Made by a program: the position numbers and the translations under genes. Shown one piece after another: positions 38,304 to 47,885 of a DNA stretch of 64,000 nucleotides. The DNA lies in assembly GCA_017458285.1 (NCBI GenBank), contig JAFTFU010000002.1, forward strand, positions 92,171 to 156,170, written 5' to 3'. The notes below the pieces were generated by a model. That model saw nothing but the letters and a program-made list of their open reading frames with translations. It was not told the origin of the DNA and searched no databases. Position 1 is the first letter of the stretch. Each line of letters begins with the position of its first letter. This DNA is from Clostridia bacterium. Lineage in GTDB: Bacteria > Bacillota > Clostridia > TANB77 > CAG-508.

Positions 38304-39362
38304 TTACTTTACATTATCATTTTCTAATGCCACTTTTAGTTTATCTAAGCCTTTCCATTTTCTGTCCTTAGCGGTCATATCGTTATAAATATTCACCATA
38401 TCTAAACTCGTCCAACCGATAATACTTTGCACTAAATCTTGCTCTAATCCAATCGCCAATAATGATGTCGTATAATAATGTCGAATACTATGTATATAAA
38501 AAGGTTTTTCGACAAATTTATTCCAACGTTCAACCCAACCTCTAAATGTAGAAACACTTGCCGGATCACCAGACTGTGTAATAAAGATATAATTATGCAC
38601 CTTTTTGTTTTCTTTCATTATTTTTTCTCGTATAGGTAGCCATTTTTGGTAATAGGGAAGAAAAGTATCTTTTAATATATATCGAATCAAGGATTTTCCT
38701 TTTACGCCTCTGCCTTTAACTTGGATTTCATCTGTCGTCTCCAAAAATAACCCTTCAAAAGCTGTTGAATTTTCATCTATAATATCAGTTGTAAATCTTG
38801 CTAATTCGCTTGCTCTTGAACCTGATGACATCATTAACGCCAATAAGCATTGTTCTTGTATTCTGTCCTCTTTACCAAGTTTGTTCATAAGGCTATCAAG
38901 TTCTTTTTTGGTGAACACAGATTTTTTTCGCACAGTCTCTTTAGGCAATTTTTCTATTTTGGGAAGTAAATTTCTAAAATCAGGATAACAATCATCGTAA
39001 TAATTTTCTACAAAAGCACTAAAGGAAGATAAACATGAGTGCATTTGTGCGAAACGACTTGAACCCCATTTAAGTTCTGTAACGCAAAAATCAAAAAAAT
39101 CCATTAAATCTAATTTTTTGATATCTATAAAAAAAATATTATCATTATATAGTACATTCCAGCAGAAAAATATCGATAAGTTTGACTTGTAATTAACGAC
39201 AGATTTAGGTGAGCGTTTAGTGGCAAAGTTTTTTAAAAACCGCAACACTAACTGCATATTCTTAGGATTTATTTGTTCTATTATTTCAGGAGAAGTAATA
39301 ATTTTTCTAAATGTTTCTCTACCCACCACTATCACCACCTTATAAATTTCGTAAATATCCAT
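38304..39362 (-). CDS. Second tyrosine recombinase (XerC/D-like) embedded in the tail module
   Basis: SGSRASELARF (catalytic R), IHSIRHYYTTS (HxxR) and GWTSLDMVNIYND (catalytic Y), plus an N-terminal SAM-like core-binding domain. Confidence 0.8.
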   Translation of the reverse strand: MDIYEIYKVVIVVGRETFRKIITSPEIIEQINPKNMQLVLRFLKNFATKRSPKSVVNYKSNLSIFFCWNVLYNDNIFFIDIKKLDLMDFFDFCVTELKWGSSRFAQMHSCLSSFSAFVENYYDDCYPDFRNLLPKIEKLPKETVRKKSVFTKKELDSLMNKLGKEDRIQEQCLLALMMSSGSRASELARFTTDIIDENSTAFEGLFLETTDEIQVKGRGVKGKSLIRYILKDTFLPYYQKWLPIREKIMKENKKVHNYIFITQSGDPASVSTFRGWVERWNKFVEKPFYIHSIRHYYTTSLLAIGLEQDLVQSIIGWTSLDMVNIYNDMTAKDRKWKGLDKLKVALENDNVK

Positions 39363-39403
39363 TTGGTGAGTTGTAAGAAACGTTCACATTCTTACATATA
39401 AAA

Positions 39404-39847
39404 TCATTCTTTTATAGGAATACCTTTGTCTTTTAAAGCTTGTTTTAGCCAGCGATACGCTTCTTGGCTTATAATAGGCATGGCGTTATTGAGGATACCA
39501 TTTCCCCCAGCTTCGCGATATCCACCATGAGGATACTTACCAATAACAGCAATTTCTAATATTCTTTCGTCTGATAATTCACTTTCAACATGGTTTAATC
39601 TACTGGCATCAAAATATACTACCGCCTTGTACCCATTCCCAACCTTTTCTATTTTAGATTTAACTAAGGATTTATATAATTGAAATGTTCTATTATATAC
39701 CTTTGGTTCAAACTCATCATAGAAATTATTGATAAATGCCTCTAAAACATCATATACTATTGCTTGTGATTCAAATACAGAGTCCTCCATTTTGGATAGT
39801 AAATACTTTTCTAAATCTTTTTTTGAATTAAAAACCATAGTAATCAC
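39404..39847 (-). CDS. Hypothetical tail-module protein
   Basis: ORF only. Confidence 0.45.
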   Translation of the reverse strand: MITMVFNSKKDLEKYLLSKMEDSVFESQAIVYDVLEAFINNFYDEFEPKVYNRTFQLYKSLVKSKIEKVGNGYKAVVYFDASRLNHVESELSDERILEIAVIGKYPHGGYREAGGNGILNNAMPIISQEAYRWLKQALKDKGIPIKE

Positions 39848-39854
39848 CCTATAA

Positions 39855-40496
39855 TTACTTTGATGTATTCAATATCTTTAACTGTTGATTTTGTTTAATT
39901 TTATTTATCGTATTTTCAAACTCTTGCCTTTTCTTTTCTTCTATTTTACGAGTATGTTTTTTGAATACATCAGATTTCTCATAAGCGTTAATTATTTCCG
40001 TAGGAGTAAAATTTTTTGCATATTTGCTAAATACACCAGCAAACTCAACAAGTGTTTTTATGTCTACCTCTTGCATTTTAGATTCAACAAGTTTTAGAAT
40101 CTGTGCTATCTCATCTTTTATAATATCTTTGTGAATACCTGTTTTATATTCAATATTCAAATCAACGGCTTCATGAAGCTCGGCAAGCAAACTATCAGCC
40201 ATATCTGCCTTAACTATCTCGGCAATATTAGTTTCGTTTAAAAGCTGTTCAATTTTACTAATAGAATTATTTGAATCATATATATAACTCACATCATAAT
40301 CAGTAAATATACTAATCAAGCCAAAATCAAAAAATAAATCTTTTGCAATGAAATTGAAATTATTTCCAACCAGATATCCCGTTACTGTATTAACAAACTT
40401 TACCTTGTCTACTGTACTAATATTTGTATTATAACTAAACGTATACTCTATTCCATTTTTTGTATATATATTATTTTTTTCAAAACTCATAATCAA
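39855..40496 (-). CDS. Hypothetical acidic protein (possible tail assembly chaperone)
   Basis: Position and composition only. Confidence 0.35.
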   Translation of the reverse strand: MIMSFEKNNIYTKNGIEYTFSYNTNISTVDKVKFVNTVTGYLVGNNFNFIAKDLFFDFGLISIFTDYDVSYIYDSNNSISKIEQLLNETNIAEIVKADMADSLLAELHEAVDLNIEYKTGIHKDIIKDEIAQILKLVESKMQEVDIKTLVEFAGVFSKYAKNFTPTEIINAYEKSDVFKKHTRKIEEKKRQEFENTINKIKQNQQLKILNTSK

Positions 40497-40504
40497 TCAC
40501 CTTT

Positions 40505-41035
40505 CTATGTTTTAAAAAATTCATCTAAATCCCATTTATAATGGACTCTCTTTTTCTGTCCTTGTATCTTCACTGCGTTATTCAACAGTAAGTCTATTTC
40601 GTTAAAACTATACTTAGTTATTTTTTTACACATCGCCTCGAAATCTTTTATATTCTGAAAATATGTTCTTTCGGTATTATTTTTTTCATCACGAAAATTA
40701 AAAATAAATCCTGCGACCACGTTTTCATATAAAGAATAATTATGCAAACCTAATATTTGATGTTTATGTATCATCTTCTTAGGTGGATTTTCTAAAGCGA
40801 TATCCTCAAATGTCATAGATTTATATTTTGTTGATTTTAATTCAAGTGCGTAAAACACCTGAGTTTGGCTTTGGAAACAATAATAATCACAAACATTTTT
40901 ACGAGAAAATTTTGTATCTATTCTCTGCGCAAATGCTTGTGGAGGGTCGGGAATACGAATTAATAAGCAATAATTAGGAATAGATTTTTTAAAACAATCT
41001 TCAAAAACTTTTCCTGCATTTTTCATATAATTCAC
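40505..41035 (-). CDS. RecU-like PD-(D/E)xK nuclease / Holliday junction resolvase-like
   Basis: NVCDYYCF...(14 aa)...YALELKS gives a D...ExK arrangement. Size and downstream HQILGL...AGFIFNF resemble RecU. Confidence 0.45.
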   Translation of the reverse strand: MNYMKNAGKVFEDCFKKSIPNYCLLIRIPDPPQAFAQRIDTKFSRKNVCDYYCFQSQTQVFYALELKSTKYKSMTFEDIALENPPKKMIHKHQILGLHNYSLYENVVAGFIFNFRDEKNNTERTYFQNIKDFEAMCKKITKYSFNEIDLLLNNAVKIQGQKKRVHYKWDLDEFFKT

Positions 41036-41040
41036 CTTTA

Positions 41041-41247
41041 TTAATGTTCTCTAAGTCGCCATTCATGCTTTAGTCTTTCGTGATCTTCTTTTCGGAATAC
41101 AAACGTAAAAAGTAATTTGTCGTTGACGAATAAATCTACAAGTTTAGCTCCTCTGAATACAAAATAAGCAGCTTGTACTGGATTTCTGTAAAATACACAA
41201 TCTTCGTTTATATAGTACTTATGAGTTATATTACTTAATGTTTTCAT
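41041..41247 (-). CDS. Hypothetical small protein
   Basis: ORF only. Confidence 0.4.
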   Translation of the reverse strand: MKTLSNITHKYYINEDCVFYRNPVQAAYFVFRGAKLVDLFVNDKLLFTFVFRKEDHERLKHEWRLREH

Positions 41248-41296
41248 TTATAATTTCCTTTCATATTTTATAACTTTCTTTCAATAATCAATATAG

Positions 41297-41342
41297 TAAA
41301 AAATAAGGGAGATACAATTACCTGTAAAGAACGTATCTCCCC
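41297..41342 (-). terminator. Rho-independent terminator
   Basis: gggagatac / gtatctccc 9-bp stem, followed on the minus strand by TTATTTTTT. Confidence 0.55.
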
Positions 41343-41375
41343 TTGTAAATATAATAAATTCTTCACACATAACTT

Positions 41376-41741
41376 TTATTCAGACTTCTGAACTTTTCTT
41401 CTTTTTTTCGTCTGATTTGCACTACTATCCACAAAAACAGGTTTGGTTATGTCTTGCTGGACATCCTCGTTTGTATATAAAATATCTTTGATTATTGCCT
41501 TGATATTATCTCTCAGTGTTTCCAAATCAGACAAATCAACATTCTGTAGTTTCTCTTTGGACTCTGCCTTGTTGTATACACCAATCGAATAACCGTGTAT
41601 AATTTGATAAATTTTGAAATGCTCAGAAGTGTCCGTGTGTAATTTCCAAGGATATAGATTTTTAAAATCCCTACAGGAATTACACATATAATACCCTTTG
41701 TTGCATATAGCACAAGTAGCGTTATTACTCATGTAAGACAT
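41376..41741 (-). CDS. Small Cys-rich (CxxC...CxxC) protein with basic tail
   Basis: CAICNKGYYMCNSC at the N-terminus and KKRRKVQK at the C-terminus. Confidence 0.45.
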   Translation of the reverse strand: MSYMSNNATCAICNKGYYMCNSCRDFKNLYPWKLHTDTSEHFKIYQIIHGYSIGVYNKAESKEKLQNVDLSDLETLRDNIKAIIKDILYTNEDVQQDITKPVFVDSSANQTKKRRKVQKSE

Positions 41742-41804
41742 ACATTCACCTCCGTGTATTCAAACAGGGTGAGCAACACCCATCACTGTTTGAATTTATC
41801 GACA

Positions 41805-42605
41805 TTACTCGGAAACGATAAGAGAGAACAATTCATCATTTTCCTCATCGCAATAATCCTTCATCATCTGGAACTCAAAAGCGTGTTTACCAGTAGAAGT
41901 TAGGGCAAGCTCAACCTGTTCAGGATTAAGTTTAGCTTTCGGGCAAATTATTTTACCAGAATATGTAAGACCATCATTGCACTTATCTTTAAAATAAGCG
42001 TAAATTACTACGCTACAAGATGACGGGAACTCAGAAGCCTTATTAGATACACGAACAGCGTTTTCTGTCTCATACTCGTATTCAACATAAATTTTCTTAT
42101 CTGCATCTTTAGCAAAATCTGTCGGCAAAGTAATTTTACCGGTTTCTTTGTTAATTACAAATTCTGTTGTAGAAGCAGTTGAACCAGCTGTATACGATTC
42201 ACCAATTTCATTATTAGCAATAGAGTAAATATATTTAATATCATTAGATGGCTTATTCTTTAGCGTAGCTTCCTCCGTTCCTTTGGCAACAGAAATAATT
42301 TCATAAGCATAATCTGTAATTTTCTTACCACTATTTGCAACTTCCTTTTTTGCACCAAACTGAGCCGCTGCAAGATCAAGAGAGATAAGCGAGTTTGTAG
42401 CAGAAAACGTAGCTTTCTTTGCACGATAAAGCGTTGTAATGACTGAACCAATAGCATCCGCTATTTCTTCGCCTTCCGATGTACACTGAAGTGAAGGGTC
42501 TTCAAGTGATGTCAGTCTATAAAGAAGTTCGCCTGTTGAAAGATCGTGAGCCGCAAGTGACCTAACACGATCAAGGATAAGTTCATTTTTATTAAATGTA
42601 GCCAT
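41805..42605 (-). CDS. Putative major tail (tube) protein
   Basis: Framed by hairpins or terminators on both sides, as is typical of highly expressed structural genes. GGAGG precedes ATG 42605. Position is upstream of the chaperone/TMP region. Confidence 0.45.
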   Translation of the reverse strand: MATFNKNELILDRVRSLAAHDLSTGELLYRLTSLEDPSLQCTSEGEEIADAIGSVITTLYRAKKATFSATNSLISLDLAAAQFGAKKEVANSGKKITDYAYEIISVAKGTEEATLKNKPSNDIKYIYSIANNEIGESYTAGSTASTTEFVINKETGKITLPTDFAKDADKKIYVEYEYETENAVRVSNKASEFPSSCSVVIYAYFKDKCNDGLTYSGKIICPKAKLNPEQVELALTSTGKHAFEFQMMKDYCDEENDELFSLIVSE

Positions 42606-42630
42606 ATTTTTTCCTCCGTTCAATTTTATA

Positions 42631-42664
42631 AAATAAAAAAATAAGCCTTGATATCATATCAAGA
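42631..42664 (-). terminator. Rho-independent terminator
   Basis: cttgata / tatcaag stem, followed on the minus strand by a long T-run. Confidence 0.5.
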
Positions 42665-42665
42665 C

Positions 42666-43517
42666 TCAAATATCAGCAAACATATCAAATCGGGTTTTGT
42701 CTATGCCTTTTAAGTTAGCAAATCCACTGTACGCACCTTGTAGTAGCGTATGAGCATCTTCTATTTTTCCTATTCTTTTAATATCTTCAAAGAAATTATT
42801 GATTTTCATATTCCAAATTTTTTCATCGCCACATTGACCACAGTATACCGCCAATGTAGATATTAATGAACGCAAAACACTTTTGTACGGCTTGTGCGAT
42901 GCCGCCATAGCTTCGTCTCTTGCATCATCAATCAAATCTCTTTTAGTTGCTTCATTTGCGGGGACTTGATTATTTCTTTTAAATCCATGAATTTTGCGTA
43001 CAACATCTACAAGTCGTCTATACACTAACCTGTCAATCGTTATATCGCTTTCAGGATTGTACAATATGATTTGCTCATCCTCTTTTTCTTTGTTTGATGT
43101 AACTTTCATAGGCATAAAATCCGCTAAATCTATGTTTAAAACTAAATGTAGAGGATTTATTAACATATCCTCTAATTCATCTTTAGATATATTCTTTAAT
43201 TCGTTTTCGTATTTTTCAGGATTTTCTGTTAATTCTTTGTACACCTTTTTTTTACTACCAACTAATTGAGATATAAATTTCACAAATAATTCGTAATCAT
43301 CAATTTGAGTATAGTCAATCTGATTGTAGTCCCAAAGTTGCCACTTTAGATCAGCGCCAACACTGGTAAAAATATGTACTGAATTAAAATAGTTTTTTTC
43401 TCCAAATTCTTCTATTTGAGATAGACTGGGTTGAGACACTACTATTTTATCTGTAATATAAATATCTTTTCCTCTATAAATTTTCAACTCATCATATTCA
43501 AACATACTTATCACCAT
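42666..43517 (-). CDS. Hypothetical structural-module protein
   Basis: ORF only. Confidence 0.45.
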   Translation of the reverse strand: MVISMFEYDELKIYRGKDIYITDKIVVSQPSLSQIEEFGEKNYFNSVHIFTSVGADLKWQLWDYNQIDYTQIDDYELFVKFISQLVGSKKKVYKELTENPEKYENELKNISKDELEDMLINPLHLVLNIDLADFMPMKVTSNKEKEDEQIILYNPESDITIDRLVYRRLVDVVRKIHGFKRNNQVPANEATKRDLIDDARDEAMAASHKPYKSVLRSLISTLAVYCGQCGDEKIWNMKINNFFEDIKRIGKIEDAHTLLQGAYSGFANLKGIDKTRFDMFADI

Positions 43518-44014
43518 TCTTGACTATCATCATCGCATAACGAATCATTCAAATCTAATCCCTCAAAAATCAATGTTCTATATATATAATCCTGCTGATA
43601 ACAGCCTTCAACATTACTTTTCAATATCAATTTATTAATTCCAAAATCTGATCTACCGTTCAGTTTCCTATCAATTAATTCAGAAAGATAATCATTGCGA
43701 TTTGAAATTACTTTAGGTACATTGTCTACAGTCATATGTGTTTTATGCGATATAATCCATATTTCTATAGTTGGTTTAATAAACGTAGTATCAGTATATC
43801 GAAGATTAGGGGGCATATGCACTTGTATAGTAATAAATGTCATTACCTTATTAATAGTATCAGGATTCTGATGGTAATTAAATATGTGAGTTCCAACTAA
43901 TTTTTCTGTAGTAGTAATTTCAGAAGCATTAATTGCTTGTACAATATCGTTATCTTTAATAAATTCTTTAATAATTTTCTTTTTGACTTTCCCTATAAAT
44001 GAACTATTAGCCAT
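43511..44014 (-). CDS. Hypothetical head-tail joining protein
   Basis: Position only. Confidence 0.35.
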   Translation of the reverse strand: MANSSFIGKVKKKIIKEFIKDNDIVQAINASEITTTEKLVGTHIFNYHQNPDTINKVMTFITIQVHMPPNLRYTDTTFIKPTIEIWIISHKTHMTVDNVPKVISNRNDYLSELIDRKLNGRSDFGINKLILKSNVEGCYQQDYIYRTLIFEGLDLNDSLCDDDSQEW

Positions 44015-44041
44015 AAATTACGCCCTTTCAAAAATTTTTAA

Positions 44042-45079
44042 TTAGAATAACGAATCAATTCCGACAACAATAGAAGCCTGTATAGTACCATCTTCGTTTG
44101 AAAAAATTAACTTAAATTCTTCGTCTACATAATCATCGTTGTCAATAGAAATTATAATTTCATTTCCAAATTGTTCTACTTCTAATTCATTTTTAAAATC
44201 ACACACTATATCCCATTTAGAGAACATGGTCGTAATTTCAATTTCATCATTGTAGAATTTGCCTGTATAAGTCTGACTATTACCGCCAGATTTTATAATT
44301 AAAGAATCATAAAAAATTTTTGCAATAATATTATCCGTAGCAGCTTCAGGTGCAGTAGTTGGTTCTCTATAATCACATATACCAATATCCGCTCTATCCG
44401 TTTCGATATTAAAAGGATGCTCATAAAGAGTTATTTTAACCAATCCCTTTGTTCCAAAATTATAGCTTGTATTGTCATTTTGTGTAATAATAAAAGTCGT
44501 GGGATTTGTTGTATTTTTATCCAAAATAAATCTCTGAGGTGTATTGAGTTGAACAGTATTTTCATCGCAAGGCAAAGTAATCATATGCTGAGACGAACCA
44601 ATGGTAATTTGTTGATTAAACTTCTCGCCACTGTTATACTGCGTAGCATTTGTATCATAACAAGGATATTCAAGAATATCACCTTTTTTGTTTTGCCATT
44701 TTAAAATCCAATTACATAATGTCAGTTTACCTTCCCAGTGAATATTATCTATGTTAAACGATTCGGTGCAAATGTAATATTCATTTGTTAAAGAACAATA
44801 AATTATGTCACCTACTATAATCGGTGTATCGATTAATGTATGAAATTTTACTGTTACGCCTACTGCTGCTGAATATCGTTTGTGATATAGTCTTATTTTA
44901 ATTACATCTTGTGTTTCATAAGACTGCAAACCTAATACCCACATATATACACCATTAGTTACAGAAGGGTCATCATCAAATGTTTTCTCTAATAATAATT
45001 TACTATTATTTATTTTTTCATTCCTAAGCGAACCGCCATTGATTTGCATTTTTCGCCTAAATTTATCATAACAATCCAT
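44042..45079 (-). CDS. Hypothetical virion protein
   Basis: Position only. Confidence 0.4.
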   Translation of the reverse strand: MDCYDKFRRKMQINGGSLRNEKINNSKLLLEKTFDDDPSVTNGVYMWVLGLQSYETQDVIKIRLYHKRYSAAVGVTVKFHTLIDTPIIVGDIIYCSLTNEYYICTESFNIDNIHWEGKLTLCNWILKWQNKKGDILEYPCYDTNATQYNSGEKFNQQITIGSSQHMITLPCDENTVQLNTPQRFILDKNTTNPTTFIITQNDNTSYNFGTKGLVKITLYEHPFNIETDRADIGICDYREPTTAPEAATDNIIAKIFYDSLIIKSGGNSQTYTGKFYNDEIEITTMFSKWDIVCDFKNELEVEQFGNEIIISIDNDDYVDEEFKLIFSNEDGTIQASIVVGIDSLF

Positions 45080-45097
45080 CGATACACCTCCAACCTA

Positions 45098-45580
45098 TTA
45101 TGTATTTTTCTTATAATTTGTGTTGTTGAATGTATTTGGAATACTATTTTTATCTTTTGTTAGGCTAAACCAAGCATAACGTGATAACAGTCCTTCGTTC
45201 TCAGATAAAAGAGTATCGTGCATAGACAATAGTTTGTCTAACTGATTTGCATTACTAAAAGCATGAAAGTCATTTGAACTTAAATTGACTTTTAATAACG
45301 TAGGTGTGCGTATATATGTAGAATCAAGATACTCTAACAACAAATAATTACTTATTATCTCTATTTCTAAATCAGATAAATCACAATTAAATTGTTTTAA
45401 CTCATCGTCTTTATCATTTAGATTTATTCGACATATATAAAACTTCGGTATTGCCGAAATTAAAAAATCATATAAATACTCCTCTATTTCTTCTGATGTC
45501 ATTATAGGAATTTCATAAGAATGGAACTTAGATAACACATTTGAATATATTTTGTTATATGGAGTAGACATATTAATCAC
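45098..45580 (-). CDS. Hypothetical head-tail connector protein
   Basis: Position only. Confidence 0.35.
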   Translation of the reverse strand: MINMSTPYNKIYSNVLSKFHSYEIPIMTSEEIEEYLYDFLISAIPKFYICRINLNDKDDELKQFNCDLSDLEIEIISNYLLLEYLDSTYIRTPTLLKVNLSSNDFHAFSNANQLDKLLSMHDTLLSENEGLLSRYAWFSLTKDKNSIPNTFNNTNYKKNT

Positions 45581-45597
45581 CCATTCCTATGTTTAAA

Positions 45598-46161
45598 TCA
45601 AAGTAAAGAAATTAAATCTAAGTTTAAGTATCTTTCCAAAGTTCTAATGACTGAAATATCTGTAATTTCACCATTGGCAATCATACTCTTAATCTTATTG
45701 AAAACCGCAATTTTCAAACCAGTAGGAGTAGCAATAATATTTTCACAAATGTCGCAAATAGTTGCTCTTGTATAATTTTCTCCATTCATAAGCAATTCGT
45801 ATTTTTTATAATTTTTAGTCAGACCGAATTTATTAATTACCCTATCGTCAAGTGGCTTTAACCATAAATCTTTAAAGTAACCCTTTGAATTTCGCCACAT
45901 ATTTTTTAAAGTATCGTAAGTTAAAAATTCTGAATGACCTACTTGTTCCCATTCATAAAAATCATTAGTTCTATTATCTTGATAACTGACATGGGGAATA
46001 AGGGAAATTACTTCAATTTCATCTGTATCAACAAGTGGCTTAACCACTTCTGTATTTTTTATTTCAACACCATTATCCATATTGTTGATAGCAGAGCTGT
46101 CTTTTACAACAGCTCCGTCATCAACAACGCTGGATTTAGATGTGGATTTTGTTCTTGCCAT
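45598..46161 (-). CDS. Hypothetical protein downstream of the capsid gene
   Basis: ORF; aaaggtggag precedes ATG 46161. Confidence 0.45.
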   Translation of the reverse strand: MARTKSTSKSSVVDDGAVVKDSSAINNMDNGVEIKNTEVVKPLVDTDEIEVISLIPHVSYQDNRTNDFYEWEQVGHSEFLTYDTLKNMWRNSKGYFKDLWLKPLDDRVINKFGLTKNYKKYELLMNGENYTRATICDICENIIATPTGLKIAVFNKIKSMIANGEITDISVIRTLERYLNLDLISLL

Positions 46162-46230
46162 ATTTGCTCCACCTTTCAATCTAAAACCAATTTATAATTA
46201 TATAAATAAACAGACAAAACCATTTTACGG

Positions 46231-47265
46231 TTAATTAAAAGTAAACAATCCAGTGTAAGTAGGAAGTACAAGTCCCATTCCAATAAGTGTCTGAACTTGA
46301 AAATCAATAGTCATATCATTGTTCTTCTTGCCTGTAGTGTCCATGTCTGACCTTGTGTCACCAATAACCTCCAGTTTAATAGGTTTAGTATCGCCGCCAA
46401 GAATAAAGAGTTGAGAATCATTAAGTGCAAGATTAAATGTACCAGACTGAAGCGTTTGAGGAATAACCATAAGTTTATTACCTTCCCACTCACCGATAGA
46501 ACCTGTAGCTGCTTTTGCCTCTTTCTGAGAGTTAGAGAACATCTTGTCAGGAACGATACCAGCGAGTTTTCTTAAAGCACCTTTAGTACCAGCAATAGTA
46601 AGACTTGCATAACCACCAGCAGCGGCTACTTTATCACAAAGACCGCCAACAGCAGCTTCGGAGTTTCCGTTTGAAGAGAAATCAGAAGGAATAGCATTGG
46701 CAACATTTTGGAACTGTGCATAAAGTCTATCCTGTATATATTTATTAATTGAAAGATAAACTTTATCAATCAGTTTCTCCAAAGGTGTAATGCCAATAAG
46801 GAATCTTTCAAGCTCCTCATAAACATGAATATAAATCCACTCTTTAGGAAGTGTAATCTCAGAACCAAGATCAATAGCTTGTCTATTAGTGTCCCAGTGG
46901 TTACCGGCGAATGTTGCAACAGAAAGCAAGCCACCTTCAGAATAAAAAGCAGACTTATCGCCCAATGCTCTATTCTTAACCTCCACAAAAGAGTCAATAA
47001 AAGGAGATTCAAGAACGTTATCGCCGATAGTGACATTTACAATCTCCTCAATAATCTCAAACATTACGATATTATTACGTCTAAATGCCTGATAAAGAGT
47101 TTTCCCTTTAAGAATGTCCTCTTGAATAGTTTTTCTCAAATAATTTTCAAGGTCTTTCTTTGTAACCTTTTCATTATCAATATGTGCAGAATAATCATTC
47201 CTTGCAAGGTCAAGAGCAAGGTCAAATACTTGCTGTTCTTGCTGTGTAAAATTAGTATATGCCAT
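46231..47265 (-). CDS. Major capsid protein (lambda gpE-like size and position)
   Basis: 344 aa, following the portal / protease-scaffold / small decoration-like gene order. Confidence 0.55.
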   Translation of the reverse strand: MAYTNFTQQEQQVFDLALDLARNDYSAHIDNEKVTKKDLENYLRKTIQEDILKGKTLYQAFRRNNIVMFEIIEEIVNVTIGDNVLESPFIDSFVEVKNRALGDKSAFYSEGGLLSVATFAGNHWDTNRQAIDLGSEITLPKEWIYIHVYEELERFLIGITPLEKLIDKVYLSINKYIQDRLYAQFQNVANAIPSDFSSNGNSEAAVGGLCDKVAAAGGYASLTIAGTKGALRKLAGIVPDKMFSNSQKEAKAATGSIGEWEGNKLMVIPQTLQSGTFNLALNDSQLFILGGDTKPIKLEVIGDTRSDMDTTGKKNNDMTIDFQVQTLIGMGLVLPTYTGLFTFN

Positions 47266-47288
47266 AATTAATCACTCCTTTTCTTTGA

Positions 47289-47864
47289 TTATACGGTTAC
47301 ATCTGTAATTTTAATTTCATATATATCCGTCTTACTACCGTATGTATGTGCAGCAGTTACAAGAGTAGCACCAGATATACGCTTACGCATAACCTGACCA
47401 ACAACTACACCAGATGAAGGTTTAGTAGTAGCGGCAACAAGTTTACCTGTTGTACTATCAATAGATGTATATACGGCGGTTGTAGTAAAGTCTGTAACAG
47501 TAGTAACGACAGACTGGGTAGCAGATGTCACGCCATCAATAGAAATACCAAATTCATCATTTTTCTTTACTACTCTTACTCTAAATCTTGTGCCAGCAGG
47601 AATAATATAGTTATCCCTACGCTGATTTGTAATTCTACTTGTATCTTCAGTCCATGCAGGATTATCTACTACAACAATATCACCAATTTTAAGACCTGAT
47701 TTTGTACCAGCCTTAAAGTTATATGTATTAGATTCACCAGTTGCAAGACCGTCAAGATAACCAAATGTACCATTTTCAATATCTGTAGTTGCAACAGCAT
47801 CAAAAATTCTTTCCGCATAACGTGTGCTACCAAGGTTTACGCTTTCAAAAACTGTATATGCCAT
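47289..47864 (-). CDS. Putative head decoration / capsid accessory protein
   Basis: Immediately upstream of the capsid gene. Confidence 0.35.
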   Translation of the reverse strand: MAYTVFESVNLGSTRYAERIFDAVATTDIENGTFGYLDGLATGESNTYNFKAGTKSGLKIGDIVVVDNPAWTEDTSRITNQRRDNYIIPAGTRFRVRVVKKNDEFGISIDGVTSATQSVVTTVTDFTTTAVYTSIDSTTGKLVAATTKPSSGVVVGQVMRKRISGATLVTAAHTYGSKTDIYEIKITDVTV

Positions 47865-47885
47865 AATAAAACTCCTCCTTAAATT

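Noticed and set aside
41805-45079. Contractile tail (sheath) genes, which would make this a myovirus
   Set aside because: There is no ORF of sheath-like size or composition between the head genes and the TMP. The very long TMP and the Dit-Tal order fit a siphovirus-type tail.
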